The translations under genes were made by a program, and so were the position numbers. Below are positions 11,901 through 20,496 of a DNA stretch of 64,000 nt, in pieces; positions within the stretch are counted from its first letter, which is position 1, and each line of letters opens with the position of its first letter. This DNA is from Eukaryota sp. TZLM1-RC (taxonomy: Eukaryota > Protista > Metamonada: BaSk clade): positions 1,426,001 to 1,490,000 of the forward strand of contig JAUPSS010000001.1 of assembly GCA_040285825.1 (NCBI GenBank). The letters are read 5' to 3'. Under the pieces are notes generated by a model that saw nothing but the letters and a program-made list of their open reading frames with translations, had not been told where the DNA came from and searched no databases.

Positions 11901-14900
11901 TTTCTTTTGTAACTTTCGACTCGTGATAACTAACCACTAATTCAATTACACACACCCCCACTTCAGATCCAAATACTTCTAATTCGATCTGGGTATCAGT
12001 TGAAGAATATTTAACAAAACATTTACTTAACGAATAAATCTCAATATATGTATCAGAATGGGGGAAAGTAATTGAACAATTATAAGAAACATTGACTTTA
12101 ATAACCCTCGAAATATGGCCAAGTTCAATCATTTCTGATACCGTTCTAGAGTTAAGAAATAATGAATTTCCTTCATTTTGTGTTATCAAAGAGTTTTCAC
12201 CAGCATTAATTTGCAAAATCTCATTACCATATGATAATTCCAAATAAGTCTGGCTAAAATGGGAGTAAATAATTAATTCTGATTGAAGGAAATAAAAAGG
12301 CACAATGACTAGAAAATCATCACAATTAATAGTAAATAATTCAACAACACTGCCAAAACCAATATATTGCAATGATTGGTTATCCATTGAAGTAAATTCA
12401 AAGGTGAAGGTAACAGAGGTTGGTCCTTGAATGGAAAAATCAATCACTTTACCACCAAACAAAAATGAATGTTCCCAAAGACTGTTGTTGTAAAAGTCAA
12501 AATTTTCTCCTGTCAAAGTAATTGACACGTCAGTTGTCTTATATTCCCATTGAACTAAGCTTGGACTTAATGAATCAATAGTGACTACTTTTGGTAAACC
12601 TTGAAGAGTATTACAAAGAGATTCAGAACATAACTGGAGACTTGCCTCGTTGCTTTCCCTTTTGACTACTAAATTAATCAACATACATCCAGACTTATCA
12701 AATTCATAATCAGTAATTAAGACATTATCATCACCAATTGGGAAATAGTCATGCAAATCAACATTTTTAAAAAGTACACAAACTTTGATTATGCAGATTT
12801 GGTTAGTAATACAAATATAGTCTGTGGGTAAAACATAAAAATCAACAACTGGAACTTCTATTAGCTGCATAAAGTTCTTAGACAGCTGAACAAGCAGCTG
12901 CAAAGAGTCAACTCCAGCTAGGTCAAAAATAAGCTCAAATTCAGTAGGACCAGCAATCGTCCAGTTTAAAGGAACATTGCCAACAACTTCTATATCATTA
13001 CATTGGGATAACGTATTAAAGGTAATATCTTGATTCAAAGTCACAGAAATTTCCTCATCAAATGGGTTGAGTAGATGTGAACTTGCAATAGGAGTTGGAA
13101 AATTCATTCCCAATTGGTAAGTATTAGAAACCTGTCCACCAATGGTAATAACTATTGGAACATTGCTGAATGATAAATTACAAATATTTTCTATTTTTAA
13201 AACGATAACTGTATGGTTTATAGAAGTCAGAGAGTAAAGAAAAGTTGAATTTTGCAACTCCACCTCAACTAAATCTGGACTGTCAAAGAAATTGTTACCA
13301 TAAATAACAACAAACTCTTCCAGTTTATAAGGGTTTTGTTTAGCAAAGTCAATTGATGGAGGTTCAAAACAAAAGGTCATAAATACGACAATATTGTCAA
13401 GACTTCGTCTGACTTCCACGTCATGACAACCAGCACCTGGAGGGACGATAACTGCGATAATTTCGTGATTGATTGGGGAATCTGGTATAAAATTAATAGT
13501 ACTACTTGAAAGCAATAATAAATCATGACCTAAATTGGTACCATTTAATAACAATTCTTTACCTTGAGTTGGTGTTGGAGGAAGTGAAAGATCTGGTGAA
13601 AATAGTTGGAAACCTTTTTTGTGGAAAAACTGAATAATTGGTGATGAAAAATGAACTTCAAAGTAATCGAGGGAGCTGTTTGCTGCATAATTATCTTTGA
13701 AACTGATTAATAAGAAATCAACAGAGGAAAAAATATTTTTCGAAGCAGAGTTATATTCATGAATGAACACAAAGTCTTCAATTAATTCAGCAAAATGAAA
13801 GTTAAATTCAATTTGCCATTCCCTTGTACCAACACATTCATCAATTGTTGATAACTCATCAACCATTAGCTCTAAATTGAGGTATTTATCCTTGCCTAAA
13901 ATAGTACTTTTCTCGTCCAACTCAATTGAACTGACCAATACAGAATGCTGTGTATTTAATTCAATAGTAGAATTGAGGAGCGATAATCTTGTTAAAGCTA
14001 AATGGTCAAAAAAGTTGAGAAAAGAAGCAGTAGAGTCTGTGAAATTTAGATCAAAGTAAAGGATTGTATCAACTAAACAACCAATCAAATTTGATTGAAT
14101 TATAGTAAACGTTGAATTAATGGAATTAATTAAATAATTCTGTTGATTACAAGTAAAAACATTGGGAATTCCATCAAAAGTGTAACCAACCATTTCCAAT
14201 TGGGTTAGTTCCAAATAGCTTTGATCTAAATTTAATAAATTACCATTAATGAGGGTAAGATTGGTTAAATAAGTTTTAATTAATTCACTGTTTGATTTCA
14301 GTGAATTCAATAAGGAATGTACCTCACAATTAAAAACATCAAAATCAACTGAAAAGAAATTGGAATCAATAACTTCAATCAAAGGCGAATCACAAGCAAC
14401 TTTTTCAAAAGTAACATTTCTAAAGACTACTTCACTAGTGTCTTGGGCTAGTAAAAACTGACCTATTGAGTGATTAACAATTACATTATTTAATTCAACA
14501 CTAGATAAAGTAGTATTGATGAACAAAGAGCTCTGACAATTTGAAACATTGAGTGTATTAAACACAACTTCACTAGTGACGGCTTCTAAAAGAATAAAGT
14601 CAGAATTTACAAGAAATGAATTAGAAATGGAAATACTTGAATTGGTAGTAAAAATTATTGGATTGGAATCACCAAAGTAAATAGAATCTATTGAAAACCT
14701 AATGTCAGTGAAATCCATTTTTGAATTTTCAACAAATAATACGTTATCAGATGGATAAACTTGACCTTCAATCAAAAAGTTGGTCATTTGAATGACTGAA
14801 AGATTGAAATACAAAGAAATTCCTTCACCAAGCAGTATTGAATTTAATCCAGTGAATTGACAAAGGTACAGGTCAATAAAGGGTTCAATTTGGTTATTTG

Positions 14901-17457
14901 ACGTAATTTCTACATTATTAAAAGCAACATTTGAATTAAAGCCATCAATGATTTGGTTATTGGAATTAATTACTACATTTTCTAGTGTTAAGTTGGAATC
15001 CTCGATAAGCAAAAAAGATGTAAAATCCGATAAATCAAACTCAATATTACTGATATTAAGGTTAGACTGAGCAACACTCAATAAAGTTGAAACACTAATA
15101 CTAATATCATCTTCATTTCCTCTAAATTCAAAGTCAACTCCAACCAAACCAACATCAAAATTAACTTCATTATATTCACCTTCTTCAAAATAAACAACAC
15201 CATAATAACCCATTCTTTCGATTATTTTACTAAGTGACAAACAAGGAACTGAGGCAGTACCACAACAATCTTCATTAGTTCCAAATGGAGAAATAAAAGA
15301 AATATGGTTTAAATCTGGAATAATTTCATTAATAGCAGTTAATTGGAACAAATCTTCTGATACTTCTATAAAAGATTCACAATTGATGAGAATCTGGTTA
15401 AATTCATTTGATTTAGAATTAAAAGTTATTAAATCCAAATTAAAGTCTTTTTGTACGGGTTGAAATGAATAATCAACTTCTAGTAATCCATCTAGATAAC
15501 ACGTACCATCAACAATTAATTTACCATTATCAGTGTTTTGATTGGTAAATAAAATGGTAGATGAATCACTTAATTCTAAATCACCAGTGACTTCTATAAA
15601 TCCAGATGGTTCTATTGTACCATGGATAATTAAATCCGACTTAAAATGACCAAATCCTGTGATTGAGTTTCCCTCTTTATTTTCAATAGATAATTGAGAA
15701 CTTATTTGTCCTCCTTCAAGGTTCAAATCACTTTCAAATATTAGTTCAAAGTGATTCATTGCTTTAATTAAACCAGCATTAACAACTCTTTTGTCAAAAA
15801 CAAAACCTCCATTTTTGGCCACCAAAGATCCAGTAGATTTAACCAGGATTTCTATTTCAAAAGTGAAAGATCTTTCAGCAATATTTTCCACTGTGCCATT
15901 TACTTTGAGTAAAGAATTGTCAAGATCAGTTATTGCAGCTGATTGGGGTGGTTGAATGAAAAAATGGTATTCTCCAGCATAAATACTACCAACTTCAAAA
16001 TCTTTTGTTTCAGCATTAATTGAAGCTTGATCATCATACAAACCCCAATAATATAAAACATTATCAAAGTCAACAGCAAAAGCAATAACTCTTCCACTCC
16101 CAATACTGCTTACCCTACCCAAACCTTGCACTTTCCCTGGTGCATTCCTATGAGTAGAGTCTGTAGTTCTACCCAAAAGATCACCACAACTATAAACATC
16201 ACCTTCTTTTGTTAGGAACATGGTATAATACCACTTACCACTCGCTTGAACTACTTTATAATCACCATAATTTACTATTTTCACAGGTGAAGTTCTTGGA
16301 TTTGAATGTCCTAAACAAAGTTGTCCTCTATTATTACGACCAGTAGTCATTAATTCCCCAGTTTCAGTAATAAATAAAGAATGTTCAGAACAAGCAACAG
16401 CTATTTCAACCCTTTCAGTAGTATCCACTTCTACAGGAGTAGTTCTCCTTGTGGTACTTCCATCACCAAGCCTTCCATAACTATTTGTTCCCCAAGCTTT
16501 AACTTTACCATTAGACAACACTGCAAATGCGTGGACTGACCCAGCACTAATATCAACTACATTTTCAAGTGATGTTATACGTTTAGGTGTTGATTCAAAA
16601 CTACCACCATATCCATGACCAAGTACACCGCCAGTAGCTGTTCCCCAAGAATAAACAAGATTATCTACAGTTCTTGCCAGAGAAAAGTCTCCCCCAGCAG
16701 AAATTTGAACAACAACGTTATTGAAATTTGCTGGTTGAGGGAAATTAGTCTCTCCATGTATGTAACCCAATCCTAATTGACCAACGTGATTCCTCCCCCC
16801 AGCAAATAGGGTACCTTCACTAGTGATGCCTAATGTATGATCATTACCACATGCAATAAAAGTAAATTCTTCATCAGTATCTACTGGTAATAGTGGGTGT
16901 GGATGATAAGAATGACCCGTACCAGTTCTGCCATGTCTACCATCACCCCAAGCCTTTAATTCAAATGAATCAGAACTACCTCCTTCAATCACAAATTCAG
17001 CACCAAAATCAACCAACAAAGAGGACTGTGAAAGAGAAAGAATACCAGCAAGTTTACCATTTCCTTTAATAACAAAGCTAATTAGACTCAACTCGCATGA
17101 TCCCAAAACTTCCAAGTTAGTGGTGGTGAAGTTGGCAATTTCTCCAATGTCAGACTCAACAACGACATCATCAAGGGTTGTGGTATGAGGTATGACAACA
17201 TCAAAAGACTCTAAACGCAGTGTGGCACCAAAAACATGAAGGGAATGGACTTTGGGAGGGACATTGATGACAAGAATCGGGTTCATTCCTTTTCCGTCTA
17301 CAAAGACTATGGAAGATTGTGTAGGATAAGATCCAATCCACGTAAAAGCTGAATCCCAGTAAAAGACTTGGTTTTCAGCTTTAGGGGCAACAAGACGGAC
17401 ATCAGAAGCTAAAGCAATAGCACAGTAAAGAAGAAGAACTGATAGGTCATAGAACAT
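8956..17457 (-). CDS. 2833-aa multi-pass membrane receptor-like protein: signal peptide, RCC1/BLIP-II propeller, beta-helix-like repeats, IPT/Ig-like domains, Cys-rich repeats, about 7-9 C-terminal TM helices
   Basis: 8.5-kb uninterrupted ORF. RCC1 repeats (ISAGxxHxxAVxxNGKVKAWGxNxxGRLG). N/S/F/I-rich beta-solenoid region. I.GxNF IPT-like motifs. CxxCxxGxY Cys-rich repeats. Hydrophobic C-terminal segments. Confidence 0.92.
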   Translation of the reverse strand: MFYDLSVLLLYCAIALASDVRLVAPKAENQVFYWDSAFTWIGSYPTQSSIVFVDGKGMNPILVINVPPKVHSLHVFGATLRLESFDVVIPHTTTLDDVVVESDIGEIANFTTTNLEVLGSCELSLISFVIKGNGKLAGILSLSQSSLLVDFGAEFVIEGGSSDSFELKAWGDGRHGRTGTGHSYHPHPLLPVDTDEEFTFIACGNDHTLGITSEGTLFAGGRNHVGQLGLGYIHGETNFPQPANFNNVVVQISAGGDFSLARTVDNLVYSWGTATGGVLGHGYGGSFESTPKRITSLENVVDISAGSVHAFAVLSNGKVKAWGTNSYGRLGDGSTTRRTTPVEVDTTERVEIAVACSEHSLFITETGELMTTGRNNRGQLCLGHSNPRTSPVKIVNYGDYKVVQASGKWYYTMFLTKEGDVYSCGDLLGRTTDSTHRNAPGKVQGLGRVSSIGSGRVIAFAVDFDNVLYYWGLYDDQASINAETKDFEVGSIYAGEYHFFIQPPQSAAITDLDNSLLKVNGTVENIAERSFTFEIEILVKSTGSLVAKNGGFVFDKRVVNAGLIKAMNHFELIFESDLNLEGGQISSQLSIENKEGNSITGFGHFKSDLIIHGTIEPSGFIEVTGDLELSDSSTILFTNQNTDNGKLIVDGTCYLDGLLEVDYSFQPVQKDFNLDLITFNSKSNEFNQILINCESFIEVSEDLFQLTAINEIIPDLNHISFISPFGTNEDCCGTASVPCLSLSKIIERMGYYGVVYFEEGEYNEVNFDVGLVGVDFEFRGNEDDISISVSTLLSVAQSNLNISNIEFDLSDFTSFLLIEDSNLTLENVVINSNNQIIDGFNSNVAFNNVEITSNNQIEPFIDLYLCQFTGLNSILLGEGISLYFNLSVIQMTNFLIEGQVYPSDNVLFVENSKMDFTDIRFSIDSIYFGDSNPIIFTTNSSISISNSFLVNSDFILLEAVTSEVVFNTLNVSNCQSSLFINTTLSSVELNNVIVNHSIGQFLLAQDTSEVVFRNVTFEKVACDSPLIEVIDSNFFSVDFDVFNCEVHSLLNSLKSNSELIKTYLTNLTLINGNLLNLDQSYLELTQLEMVGYTFDGIPNVFTCNQQNYLINSINSTFTIIQSNLIGCLVDTILYFDLNFTDSTASFLNFFDHLALTRLSLLNSTIELNTQHSVLVSSIELDEKSTILGKDKYLNLELMVDELSTIDECVGTREWQIEFNFHFAELIEDFVFIHEYNSASKNIFSSVDFLLISFKDNYAANSSLDYFEVHFSSPIIQFFHKKGFQLFSPDLSLPPTPTQGKELLLNGTNLGHDLLLLSSSTINFIPDSPINHEIIAVIVPPGAGCHDVEVRRSLDNIVVFMTFCFEPPSIDFAKQNPYKLEEFVVIYGNNFFDSPDLVEVELQNSTFLYSLTSINHTVIVLKIENICNLSFSNVPIVITIGGQVSNTYQLGMNFPTPIASSHLLNPFDEEISVTLNQDITFNTLSQCNDIEVVGNVPLNWTIAGPTEFELIFDLAGVDSLQLLVQLSKNFMQLIEVPVVDFYVLPTDYICITNQICIIKVCVLFKNVDLHDYFPIGDDNVLITDYEFDKSGCMLINLVVKRESNEASLQLCSESLCNTLQGLPKVVTIDSLSPSLVQWEYKTTDVSITLTGENFDFYNNSLWEHSFLFGGKVIDFSIQGPTSVTFTFEFTSMDNQSLQYIGFGSVVELFTINCDDFLVIVPFYFLQSELIIYSHFSQTYLELSYGNEILQINAGENSLITQNEGNSLFLNSRTVSEMIELGHISRVIKVNVSYNCSITFPHSDTYIEIYSLSKCFVKYSSTDTQIELEVFGSEVGVCVIELVVSYHESKVTKEIVFQIVEPPKLELLGNSYLLKSDNITLTALIKSGFSSFNDFYLAIDNKYLANRLISFVENAEYYVQTIEFILTPSNLNLTKPVSFLNLELESDLFGTMLVAELQIFDVELFSNSTVSFFEHRDVLIEANVELKPPLHCVIQGKSFDVIIDGFNLICKNVIISTYKEIVKVSIYYFDLEIGSLELISEPFFVDRCFVPDHVSHVHYTDLFVNKQPLIHLFDKTRCCLVATGDCYSSFKVGEKFTIQFTETYQITSITLTTNSSCSDSFQNSPIRLGNSTNDLWNCESLLNGFDDALMCSIEVDFSNVTSISFEILEDLLLFEVEIYGYKTNKCLRPIDDFLGITPSGDFVFIDGYYEFAGEMSDSIYKLLDNTILSEVITEPFTVNYSFFSADCYYSTSILSALIEPQKPQSMILVNDTITMISNSFILNFHCRDSNNLMVNCFVFNQTNLVNYSSFSYNHYYVQSFNSIKFDIQGIYPGNHSIHFGIADKSKLNFLLFQQFKNELLVNLLQINQCNRLNLFYSSCVLITLELTLNTQDLLVNYTQSLSLYEVELSHDLMITHYVSSLNELEVTGLPLGETEILFSHQSTLASAMFTLNDCDPTRINLNNECHCKPGTVLGSIGECEPCQLGYYLDNPLLGQCIGCPLNKITKSIGSSNISECVCPNSEFDDGEGCIKCPKFSTCEYGELASVSNGYKFTLETGAISCPYRYSCRNNQCRFNTKGIDCTECIDGTKRYGFVCVGTSAFTFIIGVAFNLILAFLLILSEHYLRFSNNFYDKILNQFTVPSLSASTTRSLVQSKGQIICPLRLLMVLSVVINGNVLLITVPFSLSASIFGNRVGFSLLIFCFIVNHYFCRKVLRHNFPFKDSYYCHFCLFTGFIGIYSKLIELKLDIEMLLLFGVSVYWFNSIYQKQKDNDRFRSLVVAMFLLILLYLPYTIQLITQTIAFLVLTFYSGDQNAILSYSGTFCSSFLILLHVIYS

Positions 17458-17559
17458 GTGGAGAAGGATGTTGGCTCAGATAGATTTGATTGAGATTGAT
17501 TAAATGTGTTGTTGATTGCTCAGAAGCATTGTCGGAAACCTTTGACTTTAATCATTTTT

Positions 17560-17712
17560 CTATTGTAAACATTTTATTACTTTCAAAACAAACTATACAA
17601 CAACAAGGTTAAAATTCCATGTCTTCATAACCCAAATCAGCCAAGAAGAATTGACTGGAGGTTTTTCTTTCATAAACGCGTCCAAGAGATAACAAAGCTG
17701 AAGATAATAATG
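17560..17712 (-). mobile_element. 3' end fragment of a CRE-like non-LTR retrotransposon
   Basis: Minus strand reads ...LADLGYEDMEF* followed by an AATAAA-containing tail; similar to the element ends at ~19160 and 54613. Confidence 0.7.
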
Positions 17713-17724
17713 GACCTATCTTAA

Positions 17725-17869
17725 ATTATCCGACCCGACTTAAGTCGTCGACCGGTCAGCCGACAGGTCGGAGATTGTTTTTGGGTCAGACTTTTAGGTT
17801 GGACCTCAGTCTGCCGACCGGTTGAAAAATCGGTTGTAACTTTTCCGATAAGTTGGATTTCTCACACTG
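17725..17869. mobile_element. Orphan DNA-transposon end (hAT-like) with CCGAC/GTCGG subterminal repeats
   Basis: GC-rich island with many CCGA(C)/(G)TCGG motifs, ending in CACACTG (CAGTGTG on the minus strand). No partner end found. Confidence 0.45.
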
Positions 17870-18279
17870 ACTAGAAGTAATTAGTCTCACCTTGACTTAT
17901 CTTGTTCTCATGGTTTTCTTCATTTAAAGACAATAAAACTCAATCTAAACGAATTAATAATAAAGGTCTTGTCCCCTTATTGTCTTCTGATTTAATAATT
18001 CTTTGTCGTTTTGATGAAGGGAAAACTTCCAGTTAATTGTTTTGGCGGTTTTGGGATATGAAGATTTAAAATTTTAAGTTTGTTATTTAGTTTATATATA
18101 TTAAACAAATTCAAATAACAAAATAAAATCATAACTAATGAGACAAAAATCATTGAACCAACAATTCTCCTTCCAAACTCTGATCTGCTTGCTGTCTAGC
18201 TAATGCTTCTCCAATTCGATTGAAATACTGAGGCAATCAAGATATCAAATTTTTTCATTGTTTTCTTTTGAACAATTTT

Positions 18280-19205
18280 TTTGAGAAAATTAACAATAAT
18301 TTCTGAAGGCTTGGATTTTTATGTTCGTCGTGTATCGGCCAAAAGGATAATCCCGCTTTGACAAATTTTTTGTTAGATGCTCAAAATTGTTTTTTATCTT
18401 GTTTAATTTCCCAAAATCCTCAAATTTATGGTCTTCTTCTAGATCATACCACATTTTCTTGTACAAGACGCCTTCGATATTTTATTTGGCCCAATAAACC
18501 TCATAATTTGGTTTGCAAGTGTGTATCAAAAATTTCTCCAAATCATTTGTTGAATTGTAAACATTTTATTACTTTTCGATCAAATGTCGATGATGCAATT
18601 AGACATCAGTTCTACTGTATGTTCAAGTCTCACAAAATAGTCTCCTGTTTCGAACCATTGCTTTCTCGTTTGGTTGATGAGGACACTTTGAATTCTTTTG
18701 GTCGTAACAGAGGTGATTTAATGTTTAAAAGACTTGATGGAACCACTATCATTACTGAAGTGAAATCCACTGATGTGTGTAACAATTCTGTCATACCATT
18801 AGCTCAGTCAAAACACAAGAATCCGCTGTCTGTTGCCCAAAATTCTAAAACTGATAAATATAAAGCCAAGATGGTTTCTTTGAATGCTGAATCTCACACT
18901 CATTATGTCCTTTGCCCATTTGCTTTTTCCTTACATGTTACCCTTGGACCGGTTGCTTTATTTTTTTGGGATGATTTTGTTGAAATTGTAAAACAACGTA
19001 CAGGAAGAATTTTTGGCAAAACGTTTTGGCAGAACAGAATTGTTTTTTTCATTTTATAAAGGTGTTGTCCTGTTATTGTCTTCTGCTTTATTATCTCTTG
19101 GTCCCTTTTTTTAGGAAAAACTTTCAGTCAATTTTTGTTGGCTTATTTGGGATATGGAAATTTAGAATTTTAATTTTTGTGTTTCGTTTTTTGAAAATAA
19201 TAAAT
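18280..19205 (+). mobile_element. 5'-truncated CRE-like non-LTR retrotransposon (zinc knuckle + restriction-like endonuclease)
   Basis: ORF 18358..19059 has CKC...HLLNC, EP..RGD..EV..KY and PFAFS motifs; frameshifted C-terminus. Confidence 0.85.
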
Positions 19206-19209
19206 TAAA

Positions 19210-19860
19210 AACCAAATTTTTTTGTAAATCATTCAAAAAAGTACTTGCTTCTACTGATAGTTTTCCGTTTATAAAAATGAGAAAATTATAAAAAAATGGC
19301 CTATTTCTATCAGCATTAGCTTCTTCGATATCTTTGTCATATTTTACATCTTCTGTTTTGACCTTAAATTCCAGAGCAGCCACAGGATTAAGTTTCCTTC
19401 TTTGAAGCAAAGTGCCATTTGCAACATTTAATGAGACACAGTCAATAACAGCTTCAGAGTTTTCAGACCAATCACAGTATACATCACCTGTGTCATCAGA
19501 ACCAAATTTATTCAATGACAATGTTTCTTACAGCAGAGGCTCTTTAATATACGATATTCTTGCATTTTACACCATATTAAAAACGGTGTCTCTAACAGAT
19601 TTATGTACTGAAAAACGATAAATTATCAATTCAATTCAGAGCATGACGCAAAGTGAGCTGAGGTGAATTCGAATAAATACATTTTTCTTTCAATACAAAT
19701 TGGTCGATGGGAATATTCAAATATAATCTCATTTTTGTTACAAACGCTGCATTACTTGCACACAATTCAAATCTTCGTGGTACAATGGTTACAACAAGTG
19801 AAGAATCTGATGATTGATTTTCACAAACAACTTGTTCCAATAACAAGGAATTGCTAATCC
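19210..19860 (-). mobile_element. CRE-like non-LTR fragment, second family (same as 31030, 57690 and 62960 copies)
   Basis: VPRRF...MRLYLNIP...HALN and GDVYCDW..VIDCV..KY endonuclease motifs; near-identical to 63000-63700. Confidence 0.8.
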
Positions 19861-20346
19861 TGAATCATTTAGCATTTCCAATGATGAATATTCTTGTGGT
19901 TTTGTGTTTTGTGTAGAGAATTTTAAGCGGTTTTGTTCTATTTTTGATTATTTGTATCGTTCTCCTGATCCCTACAAAAATCTTGTTTTGTTTGATTTGG
20001 ACGGTTGATTTAGATTTGTTGTTACACTTGAATAAAAGTCTTCTTTCCTTTTGGTGTTTTCATTTATGTATTTTTTCATTTGGTTGGTAAGGTTTGTGAG
20101 GTCTGTCATTTGATTAGGGTATGCTGGTTGAGCACCTAATGATAAGAATTATCCAAACGATGAATGTTCAATCACAAGCGCCAGTCAAGATTCTACAACA
20201 AATTTCGGATCTTATCATATTATCTCGGCTCCTTCTTTCTCGGTGGTCGTTCTGAAATTGTTTTTTTTATCAACTTTGGTCATTTTGAGAAACTGATCTT
20301 ACTGTCCGTGTGTTGCAATATTTTGCATTTTTTCAATTGAGTCTTT

Positions 20347-20496
20347 TGTTAGTCTTGAATAGTATTTATAGTTAATAGTTTAGTTATTAGTATTCCGCCT
20401 GTTAGCTTAAGAAGAGTGAATACAATTCCTCTTCGTATAAATTACTTTACATTTACTCAAGCTATGTCACACGATAACCCTAGCCATAGACCATCA
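20347..20496 (+). repeat. 5' LTR (150 bp)
   Basis: TGTTAGTC...GACCATCA, identical to 27563..27712. Confidence 0.97.

Noticed and set aside
780-16960. Diversity-generating retroelement behind the RCC1 variation
   Set aside because: Changes are not adenine-specific (e.g. ACA/TGG/CAT at one codon), there is no template repeat, and the nearby RTs are Gypsy or CRE-like.
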